A stretch of DNA of 38,997 nucleotides from Neocallimastix sp. 'constans' (taxonomy: Eukaryota): positions 434,001 through 472,997 of the forward strand of contig JBODTK010000136.1 of the NCBI GenBank assembly GCA_050613775.1, written 5' to 3'. The translations under genes and the position numbers were made by a program. Within the stretch, counting starts at the first letter, position 1, and the number at the start of each line of letters is the position of its first letter. The notes under the pieces are model-generated. The model ran no database searches and had not been told where the DNA came from. It worked only from the letters and a program-made list of their open reading frames with translations. Below are positions 16,112 through 32,894 of this stretch, piece by piece.

Positions 16112-16753
16112 ATGGAAGAAGAAAAAATAATTAATGTAAAAGAGGATAAAAATAAAGATGTTATAGTTTCAAATGATATGGAAAATTTAAGTTTGAATGA
16201 TAATAACCCTTATTATCGAATATTAGATATGATATCAAATTCTGGATATGATATTAATGTAAATTAAAATTCGATATATCAATATGTATTTATGTATTTA
16301 TGTATTTAAATCAATTTAATAAATATTTTATTTATAATTTAAAGAAAAACAAAGTTCATCAGGAAAGTTCAACAGAAAAATTAATAAATTTATTAACCAT
16401 TTTAATCGAACAACGAGAGAATGTTTACAAGGTTGATGAATAAAACAAATTTTAAAGCTATTATAAATGAGAATTACTATATTAATATATATAAATTACT
16501 TTTTTTTTTTTAAATTATATATAATACTTAAATTTCTAAATTATATTTTTAATATATACAAAAAGTTAAAAATGAATATTTTAAAAATGAAAGAGAAAAT
16601 ATTAACAATTAATGTAATAAATACAAAGGAATTAGGTAAAATTTTGAAATAATAATTAATATGTTATTATATAATATATAATTACTATATTATTATTATT
16701 ATTTATTATTATTATTATCATTATTATTATCATTATTATTATTATCATTATTA

Positions 16754-16823
<70 letters not shown>

Positions 16824-17429
16824 ATTTATTAAAACATTATTCAAACATTGTAAATAAAATTTATATATTTTAATAAATTTTATAAAAGAAAAAAAAAAGA
16901 ATATATTGGAATTTTTTTCAAATCATATTTCAAGTGTACTAAATAACTTAGATACTTTAGTATCAAAATTGAAAAAACCTTTTATGGGTGATTATATTTT
17001 AATTGAACCCCAAAATCAAAGGTATATTTCACAATGAAAACATTATAAATATATATTAAATAATATATATTAATTTTTTTTTTTTATTACATAACAAAAA
17101 AGAAATTTATCAGATTTATTTTATAATTCTGTAAAAGACATATCTTTATTAAAAGAAAATATAAATAATGCATTATGGCTAAGTCAAATAAACAATTTCC
17201 AAAATGAATTAGTAAGAATTATTTTCATATAAAAATAAATATAAATGTTAAGATATATTTAATAATCTTTATTTATTAATAAAAAAATGTAATTTATAAT
17301 CATCATATATAGGAAATAATGTTGAATAAATTCCCAAAAGTTATTGCAACCTACAATAATTATTATAATTCTTTAATCAAATTGGATGAAGCTATAAAAC
17401 AATTACTTGATTTAGATTTATCTAATTAG
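16112..17429 (+). CDS. HAUS2: HAUS augmin-like complex subunit 2, 6 exons, about 220 aa
   Basis: Mostly missed by the ORF track. Exons 16112-16258, 16345-16431, 16566-16635, 16889-17021, 17103-17211, 17313-17429 (663 nt, in frame). The segment LEKKKNILEFFSNHISSVLNNLDTLVSKLKKPFMGDYILIEPQNQRNLSDLF fits the HAUS2/AUG2 motif N-H-L-x-x-V-L...RL-x-x-P-x-x-x-(D/E)-x-(I/L)-x-(I/V)-E. The gene model is solid; the family call is from recalled motif similarity. Confidence 0.72.
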
Positions 17430-18445
17430 GCATAACTAAATTAGAAATATTTTTAATTTTTTATAGCTATTTCTTTTTCTAATGATGATACCCAACTAAT
17501 AAAATTAATAAAAAAAAAAGCATATTCTTTTTTTAAAAAAAAAAAATTGAATTTTTGAATTTTTGAATTTTAAATTATAAATTTTAAAAATATGTATACA
17601 AATTATTTATTATAATTCACATATATTTTTAAGCATTATTATAATTTTTATTATGTTTTTATATTAAAACAAAGTCGTAACTCTGTCTAACATTAATATA
17701 TTTCAATTATCAATTATATTTATTTTTTATTATTTATTCTTGTGATATTTTTTTTCTATTATATCTCTTACCATGTCTGATTCAATAATTAATTAATTAA
17801 TTTTAAAAATTAAGAATATTATATATTAATTTTAAGGGTTAGAATATTATTATTATTTTATTTATGAAATAATTAATAATGTATACTATTTTATTATTCC
17901 ATAAATAAAAATTTGAAAGAAAATAATATATATATATTCTTGATAATACCAAGAATAAATACTTTTATTATGACAATAATTACTAATATTGTAGTGAAAA
18001 CATTAATAAAAATAAAATATGATATTAATAAAATATAATTATAATATCAATAAAAAAAGTAATATACCGTAAATAACAAAAATAAAAAAAGTTGAAAAAA
18101 TATTTATTAAAATTTGATACCAATGTCCAATTTTTTAGATTATTTATGAAAAAAAAAAAAAAAAGATCTTTTAAGAACATTTGTTAATAATAATTTAAAT
18201 ATAAATAGTGTTTATAATATATATAAACATACACTTTTAGTAAAATCTATTAGTATAAAGGTAAATTAAGAAACATTTATTATATTATAAAATAATTTAA
18301 AAAATTAAAACAAGAACAAGAGAAAGAAAAACAAAAAATATACATAAATGTAATATTTTCATAAAAAATATTTATTAATTTTGTTGTATATCTAATACCT
18401 AATTATCTATTTATTATTATTTATTATTTATTTTTATTTTTACTT

Positions 18446-18480
<35 letters not shown>

Positions 18481-18747
18481 TTATGATAAGATATCATATA
18501 TTCTTAGTAATATCAAATTGTTAAGACTTAAAAAAATTTTATTAAATATAAAAAATAGATATAAATTATATTTATTTAAAAATAACAAATAATAGTAAAT
18601 AATAATAATAAATAAATACTAATAATATCAAAATAATTAGTATAATAATTTATTATAAAATTACTTAAATATATAAGTATTTTTTAAGAAATGGAAGAAA
18701 TGTATGAAATAGTATATCAGCATATCAGCAGTATATTAGGATATAAC

Positions 18748-18778
<31 letters not shown>

Positions 18779-18861
18779 TAAATAAATAATAAATAAATAA
18801 TAATAAATAATAAATAATAATATAAAAATAATAATTATAATAATAATAAGAATAAATAATA

Positions 18862-18909
<48 letters not shown>

Positions 18910-19167
18910 TATAAATAATTATAAATAATGAAATGTTGGTTTTTACTATGTAGTTTTTTTTTTACTATTAAAAAATATTTAGAAGTATATATATACAGAT
19001 TAACAGATTATTATTATTATTATTAACGATGCTGATTATTAATTTAGTTGTTTAATAATAATAATAATATTACTATTAATATTATTGTTATTGATCTTAA
19101 TTTAACAACGATATATATAAGTATATAACTGAGAATAATTAATAATATAATTCAATTCTTTTAATTA

Positions 19168-19198
<31 letters not shown>

Positions 19199-19861
19199 TA
19201 AATTTTAATAATTTATAATTATTGATAATAATAGTAATAATGATTAAATTTTTAGAATAATTTTAATTAATAGTAATTGAAATAATAAAATTATAGATAG
19301 GTAATTATTATAAAAGATTATTGTATTTTTTTGTATTAAATATAATTTTGATTATAATTTTATTATAATCAAAATGTTAAAAAAATATAAATACTATTAA
19401 ATGTTAAAAATTATTTCAATAAAAATAATCATATTTAATTTAAAAAAACCTTTTCTAAAAATTATTTAATTTCAGAGGTATCTTTTTATATAATATTTTA
19501 TTTTATTTTATACTATAAAATATAAAGATAAACTGTTTATATGGGTTATATGGGGACAATTTTTTGTTTAATTTAAATAAAGAAGGAAGACATTTAAAGT
19601 TTTTGATATTCAAGTATTTCAGTTTTACATTATTGATAATATTTTATTTTAGAACTTTTCTACTATTATAAAATTAAAATACATATCCAAGTTAAATTGC
19701 AATTTATTTTTTCATATGTATTTATATTATAGTTTATTTATTGACAACTATTATTATTATTACATGTACAACGTTGTTTGAATAATTTTTATTATATTTT
19801 ATTTCATTATTTCAATTATATTTTTATTTGTTAATAATTTTTTTATATATTCTTATTGGTT

Positions 19862-19903
<42 letters not shown>

Positions 19904-21309
19904 TTTTCATTTCATTTCATTTCATTTCATTTCATTTCGTTTTTTTTTTTTTTAATTTCATTATATACAAAAAAGAAAGAAAAGAATAAAAATTTTATTT
20001 TAATATAAAAAATAATATAGTTTATATTGATTTAATATATTATTAATATATTCAAATGTATTCTCCATTAAAATAAGTATACAACTCTATAATATATTAG
20101 AATAATTTATAAATCAGGTGTAATATAATATTAATATATTGAAAATTTCTATTTATTTTTTAAACTTATTTCACTTGTGAAATATTTTATATTTAATAGT
20201 TAATATTTGTTATTTAATAGTTAATATTTCATATTTCATATTTATTATTTAATATTTAATATTTCATATTTGTTATTTATTATTTCATATTTCATATTTA
20301 ATATTTAATATTTAATATTTAATATTATAAAAAAGATGCTAATTTTTTTTTTAATAATATAAATAATATATAGATGATTATATTTAAATTATATGGTAAT
20401 AAATATAATGTGGATTTTTATTGAATAAAATACGGTTGATGAATTAGATTCAAATTAAAATATTCAAAATATATTCATAATATATTTATATATTATATCA
20501 AGTAAGAATAATAATAAATAATCTACATATAATATATTGCTAATATTTAACATTTAATATAGTACATTACAATTAATATGGATATGATCATATTAAATTA
20601 TTATTATATTAAGTTTTTATTTATACATTAAGTTTAAATACTATTTTTTTTTTTTTTAATTTTGTTCATTTCTATTTACCAAACCTTATCTAATAGAATA
20701 TGTAATATATTTGATAATTAATGATTTTATTTTTGTATAATTATATTAGACCATATATTAAAACCTATTTGTAACTTCTTTATTTTATTTTAATTTATTA
20801 TCATATTAATAATGAAGAATTAATATTGAATAATATTAAATAATAATGAGTATAATGAATAATAATAAATATATTAAAAATAATATATTTAGTTATTGCA
20901 ATAGCATATCTTTATATTTTATTATTTATTTTTTCTTTGGATAACTATATCATGTATATAAAATAATATATTAGTTAATATATTTATTATATAGTTAATA
21001 TAAGATAAATTATTAAATAAACAAAGAAAAAGATGAAATCCTTTATAATAAAATATTAAATAATAAATATTAGTATTATTATTTCTACTATTAATTATTT
21101 AATATTTTATTATTTTTAATAAAAAATTAAATAATTAATTGTAGAAATAATACTACTTATTATAATATTAATACTTTTAATAATTAATAATAATAATATT
21201 TATAATAAAATTCATAATAATAAAAATAATAAATGATAATAAAATATAAAAATAATAAATATATATTTATAAAATTTATTATTTATTTAATTCATAATTA
21301 TTAATTTAT

Positions 21310-21377
21310 TTAATTTATTTATATTGATAAATTTTTTAGAAGGTTAATTTATTTATATTGATAAATTTTTTAGAAGG
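21310..21377 (+). repeat. Perfect 34-nt tandem duplication
   Basis: TTAATTTATTTATATTGATAAATTTTTTAGAAGG at 21310-21343 and 21344-21377. Confidence 0.85.
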
Positions 21378-22513
21378 TAAGATTTATTAAAAAAAAATTT
21401 TTTTCTTAATAACTTTTTTTAATATTGTAAAAAAGAGGAAAATTTAAAGATTTTTAATTATATTTATATTTTTTTATTAAAAAATGAAGTACTAATTAAA
21501 ATATTTATAAATAATATTTTTATGATAATAATAATAAAAAAAAGTGAATTATGATATAATTTAATATTTGAATTAAACATTTATAATTATAGATAACAAT
21601 TGTAGAAAATTATTATTTTTTATTAACACACAATAAAACATTAATCCAAAAAGTAATAAAAAGAATTGTATAAAGGAAAAGAATATTAAATCACTCTCTC
21701 ATAATTAATTATTTGTATTATTTTTTTTAATAAAAATACAAGGAAGAAAAAATAAAATACCTTAATAACCTATTTTATATGCAATTTAAATTTAGATTTT
21801 AATTTATTTAGATTTTTCATATATAAAGTAAATATTTATAAACATATATATATTTTAATCCTAATATTATATAAATGGGTAATCAAAATTTGAAAATATT
21901 TTGCAATATTGTTATTTAAATATAAAAATTAAGAAATAAATGCAAAATTGAAATTAAAGGAAGAAAATAAAAAAGAAAAATTAGTAGAAAATTTATTAAT
22001 GAAGTATTATAACAACAGGTGTTATTTTAAATAAAATCAATATAATATTTAAATAATAATAATAATTAGTAAATTAATTAATATTCATTGTAAATAAATA
22101 GTAAAATTAATTTTTTAAAGGCATTTAGTTATCTTAAGAATTTCAACATAATAAAATAAAAACAAAAAACAAAAAGCAAAAAAAAAACAAACAAACAAAC
22201 AAAAAACAAAAAACAAAAAACAAAAAACAAAAAGCAAAAAGCAAAAGGCAAATAAAGAAAATAATTGGAGAAGTAAAAATTAATTAATTATTCTTTTATT
22301 AATGATTTATAATCAAATAATAACAATAATTCAATTTAATTTTTTATGATTAAACTATAAATAGTAATTTTTTTTTTTTTTTTAAATATAAATTATATAT
22401 CTAAAGAAAATATAAATAAATAATTATCATTTTTTTTTTCAACGAAATATTTAATAAAATTAAATTAAGATAAATATTTATTAAAAATTGAAATATTTAG
22501 TAATTAATGAAAT

Positions 22514-22627
22514 TAAAATTTTTAATATTCAATTCATTAAATATGATAAATATTTAATTATATCAAAATAAAAATAAAATTTTTAATGTTCAATTCATTA
22601 AATTTGATGATTATTTAATTATATCAA
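22514..22627 (+). repeat. Imperfect tandem duplication (period 61 nt) about 170-280 bp upstream of the SRPK ATG
   Basis: TAAAATTTTTAAT(A/G)TTCAATTCATTAAAT(A/T)TGAT..TATTTAATTATATCAA at 22514-22566 and 22575-22627. Confidence 0.75.
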
Positions 22628-22797
22628 TTATTGTCATTTTAATATATATATATTTAAATAATAATATTGCTAAATTTAGATTTTCCATTATTTCATATAA
22701 ATAATTTAATATATACAATTATTAATTAAAAATTTATATATTTTGATTAGTGTATTGATTTTTTTTTTTTTTAAAAATATTTATTTAGTAAAAAAAT

Positions 22798-26722
<3,925 letters not shown>

Positions 26723-26908
26723 AAATTAAGAATAAATTAAAATTAAGCGGAAGAAAAAAAAAATAATCATAAAAATAAGTTTTATTTAAAAAAAAAAAAA
26801 AAAAAATAAAATAAAAAATAAAAACTAAAGCCTATCTTTGCATTATAGTTATGCTTTAATTAATTTATTTATATATATTAAAAAATATATATATATATAT
26901 TTTTTAAA

Positions 26909-26939
<31 letters not shown>

Positions 26940-27250
26940 CATATATTATTTTTTTATAATTTTGTATTTAAAATAGTATATATAATTTTTCTCCACATTT
27001 TTAAAAACTTTTTTTAAACATATTCAATTTGCAATAAATAAACTAAATAAAATTAGTATATATATAATATAAGAAAACTTTTTAATTTTTTTAATTTTTA
27101 TTATTTTTATTTTATTTTATTTTTTAATTATTTTTTTATATTATATTGTTATATTATATTATATTATTATATTATTTTTTATTTTATTTTATTTTTTATT
27201 TTATTTTATTTTTTTTTAATTATTTTATTTTTTAATTTTTATATTTTTTT

Positions 27251-27284
<34 letters not shown>

Positions 27285-27590
27285 TTTTTTTTTTTTTTGT
27301 TTTAATGATAAAACAATACATATATACTAATAATAATAGAAAATCATGAAATAATAATAATAATAAAAAAAATAATAAAATAAAATAAAATAAAAAAAAC
27401 TGAAAACTAAAAAATAAAATGAAAACTAAAAAGTTTTAATATTAAATATATTTATTTAATATTATATATATATATATCAGAAAATTTTTAAGATAGTAAA
27501 TAAAGTAAAAATAAATTATTTATTATTATTATTTTATTTTATTTTATTTTGTTGTTGTTGTTCTTCTTCTTCTTCTTATTATTATTATTT

Positions 27591-27840
27591 ACCTCATTCA
27601 GGGATGTAGCCTCTTTCGTTGGGGTTCTTTGAGAGAAGACCATTTTAAATTCTGTAATACTGGAGGTAATAATAAAAATTCAAGCTTCGCTCAATTCATG
27701 CTTTTGGTACAATTTCCTAATAATATTTAGAACTCCATTCTTTGAGGGGAACAACGTAAACGTACGTACTTGATTATTGCACCATAAATGAGCATTTTTA
27801 TTAGTAGTTAGTTTAATGGTTTTAAAAGGATTTCATTGAT
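27591..27840 (-). mobile_element. Relatively GC-rich island, probably a decayed Gypsy pol fragment (RNase H-integrase linker)
   Basis: A minus frame with stops reads ...QYYRI*NGLLSKNPNERGYIPE*GK, resembling the Gypsy motif Y-x-(I/L)-x-NGLLY...RLYIP that precedes the integrase Zn finger. There is no intact ORF. Confidence 0.35.
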
Positions 27841-28279
27841 TATTATTATTATTATTATTTTTTTTTTCTTTTTTCTATTTTCACATTATATATATATATA
27901 TATGTATATATATAAATATATTTTTTTTTTGTTAAATATTGAAATTAATTTTTACCATATATAAAACAGATTTAAATTTTTGTTTCATTCATTTGTTAAC
28001 TCTTTAAGTTAACAAGATGGCTATTTTATTTTTTTTTATATCTTTTATATATATACAAAAATATTTGTATATATATATATAATATAAATATATATACATA
28101 AATCAATGTAAAAATGCATGACGTCTTAAGATAAATCTATGTAATTAAATTATAAATTTATTCATATTCATTATAAATTTAACTTTACATTAATAAATTA
28201 ATGTGAACAAGTCTTTTTAATATAAATAAATAAATAAATACTATAACTCATTAACATTTGTGTATTTTTACTGATAGTC

Positions 28280-28330
28280 TGTTAATAGATTAAGAGTCTC
28301 AAAACACATAATATTAATGGGAGACTTTAC
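28280..28330 (-). repeat. LTR end fragment related to the 13.4-kb Gypsy LTR
   Basis: 28284-28301 AATAGATTAAGAGTCTCA is identical to 13418-13435. The minus strand ends ...TCTATTAACA at 28280. Confidence 0.55.
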
Positions 28331-28573
28331 TTTAATTTAAATAAATATATTATTACACAATTATTAATAATTAATAATTAAAATTAAATCACTAATTTCA
28401 AAGATGAGTATTTCATCAAAATGTCAGTCTAGTATAAAACGAACTAGTAGTACAAATTGTGTGTTATGGTTTAACTACGCACAAACCGAAACAAAAAAAA
28501 CAAAAAAAAAAAATTGGGATATCAGTGATATATTAAGTGGTGTAAATGTAAAAATGACTCACCAAATGACAGA

Positions 28574-28770
28574 ATGAAAGAGGTAAAGGAAGATACATGT
28601 GTTAGGAGCATCATCATAAATTCTATGAAACCTAGTATATACAAAGAAATTACTGAATATCAAACAAGTTAGGATATAATCAAGAAATTAAATAGTAAAT
28701 ATGGAAAGTCCTACCATGATCCGGCCTATTAGATGGAACAATTATACAACCTAAACGCCATAAAAAGAAA
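28574..28770 (+). mobile_element. Ty1/Copia gag (UBN2/Retrotran_gag_2-like) pseudogene fragment
   Basis: The frame from 28574 reads MKEVKEDTCVRSIIINSMKPSIYKEITEYQTS*DIIKKLNSKYGKSYHDPAY*MEQLYNLNAIKR, fitting the Copia gag pattern I-I-N-S...TA-x-(D/E)-I-x-x-K-L-x-x-K-Y. It has two in-frame TAG stops. Confidence 0.55.
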
Positions 28771-28789
28771 CCTTATTCAATCTTAATTG

Positions 28790-29100
28790 TAAATACACTA
28801 AATTTAGTCCACAATTTAATTGGATATTACGTTTATGATGTGAATATAAGTACAATACCACAATTGCCTTTAAAAGTGGTAGAGTTAACAGAAAATTGTC
28901 TCAAAAGTAGTCCATGTTGTGGTAAAGGTGATCAGTTATTTATGCATTAGATATTTACTGAATGTTCCATTTTTTTAAATACTGGATTGAAATAATTAGA
29001 TTTCATCAATGATATTTTTTCCTTTTAATTTGTTTGAAAGTAAAATAAAGAATCTACTTTCATTCTCTTCCTACTCATTAATGAATATATTTTTATTTTT
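28790..29100 (-). mobile_element. Highly decayed retrotransposon integrase-like fragment
   Basis: Minus-strand pieces KSNYFNPVFKKMEHSVNI and QFSVNSTTFKG loosely resemble Gypsy integrase F-x-S-x-F...L...STAYHP and EFAYNST motifs. The region has many stops and frameshifts. Confidence 0.3.
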
Positions 29101-29508
29101 TTATTTTTTTTTTTTTTGTGGAACTTTAAGGTTGAATGGACTACAATTCAATATTGGGGAACAAAGACATTTAAAAGAATTTCTATTAAAGAGTTCGGGG
29201 TCTAATGTTCCATATATAGTTAGCCTTGTGAATTACTTTACCAACAATATACCATTTGTTAGTAGCTCTCTTGAGTTACTCTTTGATTGTAAAAAAAAAA
29301 AAAAAAAACTCTTCAGAACTAAGAGAGTCAACGTCAAACCGATATGACAAAAAAGAGCCTCTTTTACTAGTTCTCCTAGTACATTTTAACGTAAATAGTA
29401 ATAGTCGTTCTTTACATAATAAATCTACGGAGATTGAATCTCCTGAAAATTATTTCTCTTGTTTCGAGGGAGAATTTAGTAGTATCTACATTTTCTACTT
29501 TACAGATG

Positions 29509-29543
<35 letters not shown>

Positions 29544-29977
29544 TTAATTAAGTATTTTTGTTAGAAATTATCATTATTCATATCATTAATACCAATAACA
29601 TATATCTTTTAAATTTTTTCGTTATTTTCATTGTATTACATTAACTTTATTTTTTATTAGTTTTATTTTTTAATATTTTTTTTTTTTTTTATTTTTTTTT
29701 TCATTAAATACATTTTTGTACTTATTATTTATTTATTTATTTTTTTTTTATATCTTGATATATTTATAATTGTATTTTTACATTTAAAAATATTATAATA
29801 TATTAATATTTTTAAAGCAATGGAAATATATTCTTTTCCTAGTCTAAAAAAAAAAAAATTCTTTTTTTATTTTATATAATTATTTTAATTATGATTATTT
29901 ATTTTTTATATTTTATCTTTATTTTCCCTTTTTTATATATCTATCTTATTTCTTTTTAAAATTAAGATACAAATGTC

Positions 29978-30029
<52 letters not shown>

Positions 30030-30082
30030 CATGTCTTTTTTCTATATTCAATCACTATTTATCATTTAATTTAATATATTTA

Positions 30083-30370
<288 letters not shown>

Positions 30371-30490
30371 TATTGCTATTTATATAATGTCATAAATATA
30401 AAATTTTATATTTCGATAGAATTAGGAATTACTTTATTAATTGTATTTTAATTTTTTTTTTTTTTTTTTTTTTTAATTTCAATTTTAATT

Positions 30491-30521
<31 letters not shown>

Positions 30522-30570
30522 TATTTTTTTATTTATTTTTTATTTTTTGTTGTTAATTTGTTCATTCATT

Positions 30571-30986
30571 TTACTCTGATATAGGTTTTATATTATTATC
30601 TTTTGAATCAGTGGAATTAGCCATTGATGTTATTTCAATTTTATTATCATTATTATTATCAAAAGAAGGATTCTCATCTTTTGTTATTCTTGCTACTGTA
30701 TTATTATTTTGATTTTCATCATTTGTATTATTTATAGTACTTGGAATATTATTTTCCTTTTCATATTGCATTCTTTTTAATTCCCATGGTTTTGGTCTTG
30801 GTTTCATAGAAGGCTTACTTGGAGTACCCTCATTAATTTTATTTGGAATTTGTCGAATTCCTGGAATAGGTTGATTTTTTGCAATCATTTCACAAATTTC
30901 ATAAAATGATTTTGGATATTTTGGTTTATCTTCACCACTTTCACCTTCATTAATTGGTGATACTACATTTTTTTTTTTGTGTTAAG

Positions 30987-31026
<40 letters not shown>

Positions 31027-31391
31027 GATGTGAGTAGAAATAAAAAGAAAAAAAATAGTCGTATAAAATTTATATACATATATTTTAATACAAATACATA
31101 TATATAATAAAATAAATATTTTATATAGAACATAAAATACAATTATCAATAAATTTATTTACTTTCATTTTGAGTAGTAGTATCTGTTACTTCAGTATTA
31201 TTATTATTTTCATTGTCATTACTTTCTTCCTTAGTATTTTCTTTATTTTCTTTGATTATATTTGAGGAGGTGGGTTGTTCATTAATATTAGAGACAATTT
31301 CCTCGGTTTGATTCTTTTCTTCATCTTTATTGTTAGCATTGCTATTTGAAGCTGATGCTGCTAATTCAGACTGTATTAACCTATTTTTTAT

Positions 31392-31441
<50 letters not shown>

Positions 31442-32195
31442 TTTTTGAAATAATATATATATTATTCATTATTATTATTATAAAAATTATTATTGTTGTA
31501 ATATTTGTTATTATTTTAATTAGGTAAATATTTTTTAAAAAAAAAAAATTTTTTTTTCGAATTAATTTAAATATTTTATCATTTTATTATTATTTTTTTT
31601 AACATACTTTTTTAAATAAAATACTTTTGCATTATTTAATGCTATATTAAGATGTTCTTCATTATCTTTAAATCTATCCTTTAATGTACTAATTCCATTT
31701 TGGAAACATTCATCATTTTCAAAATCATATGTATTAATACGACTGCTTAGTAATTCTTCTACTTTACTATTAATATTATTGATAGGAATTTCATAAACGG
31801 GTCTTCCATTTTTTAACCATTTGTTATATTTTGATATATTAATTTGTTTTTGAAATTTCCTATTTAAATGATATATTTTAATTATATATATATAAGAAAA
31901 GATAAATATAGAATTGAAGTAATAATAAATGAAAAAAAAAAAAAAAATTGAAATTATAATTGGTATATGGTAATTATAATTATTTATATATATGTTTATA
32001 ATATTACTTTGTCCAATAATAAATTTTAAATTTAAAAATTTCATTTGCTTGATTAATTGGTTTCATTTCTTCAACCATTTTTTTTTCTAAATTGCTTAGG
32101 ATAACAGTTTTTCCTTTATTGAAAATGGGATCTTCATCGAAAGGATAATTAGTAAATGCATTGAAAATTTGTGTTTCTTCTTCCGTATAATCCAT
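30571..32195 (-). CDS. PEX39: PEX39/DUF5572 (C6orf226/Yjr012c)-like protein with KPWE motif and two N-terminal helical repeats, 4 exons, about 349 aa
   Basis: Exons 32195-32008, 31859-31608, 31380-31163, 30962-30571 (1050 nt, in frame). The C-terminal domain YPKSFYEICEMIAKNQPIPGIRQIPNKINEGTPSKPSMKPRPKPWE fits the DUF5572 pattern (SF..I..LI..G.PIPGI..IP...RKPWE). The N-terminal repeats are FTNYPFDEDPIFNKG...KIYYWTKK and INTYDFENDECFQNG...AKVFYLKK. The stop at 30571 overlaps a possible GTAAAA donor, so the 3' end is uncertain. Confidence 0.78.
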
Positions 32196-32894
32196 TTTTT
32201 TTATTATACTTTTTTATTTAATAAATACTTATATTATTAAATGTTTTTAATAGTTCTGAGTACTAAATATATTAATTTTATTATTAATTTTATTTATTTA
32301 TTTTTTTATTAATTATAATATAAAATAATATAAAAAAAAGAAAAATAAATCAAAATCTAAAAATCTTTTCAAACAATATACACTTCAAAATTTATGAAGA
32401 CTTTTTAAAAAAAAAAATTAAAAATTTTAAATAAATTAGAAATTACAAATAAAATATATATACAATTTTTTATTTTATTTTTTTTTATTTGTTATTTTTG
32501 TTAATTTATCATTTATCAAAAGGATAATTAAAAAAAGAAAACTATATATATATATTTTATTTTACTTTATTATTATTATTACTATTATTATTTTATTTCA
32601 TTAAATTTTTTTTTATATTTTATTTCAATATCTGTAATTTTTTACAATATGAATTAATTTAAAAAAAAAAAAAAAACTATAATATTTATAATATTTATAA
32701 AATTTAATTTATCAAATAAAAGAATATTTTTATATTAAAATTTATTATATTTTTGTGTTCTTTAATTTTTTTTTTTTTTTTTTTAAAATTAAAAAAAAAT
32801 TTACATTTTAAAATTAATAATATTAATATTGAAAATAGTATTTATTATGTAAAAATGAATATTGAAAATGCATATATATATATAATGAAAAAAA

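Noticed and set aside
16467..16844. ORFs 16467-16652 (+) and 16656-16844 (-)
   Set aside because: The first is intron read-through into HAUS2 exon 3. The second is an intronic (ATT/ATC)n repeat.
17835..17842. AGGGTTAG (minus CTAACCCT), resembling a telomerase RNA template or telomeric seed
   Set aside because: It is a single 8-mer with no surrounding structured or GC-richer RNA-like context, compatible with chance.
27580..27840. Possible U1, U3, snR30, RNase P/MRP or SRP RNA in the GC-richer island
   Set aside because: The diagnostic motifs (ATACTTACCTG, ordered C/D boxes, m1/m2, P4 helix) were not found in the right arrangement. A TE-derived origin fits better, though a Rfam scan is still advisable.
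29009..29564. ORFs 29009-29347 and 29256-29564 as genes
   Set aside because: They run through homopolymer tracts inside the TE graveyard. LLKSSGSNV only faintly resembles a retroviral protease D-S-G motif and lacks the catalytic Asp.
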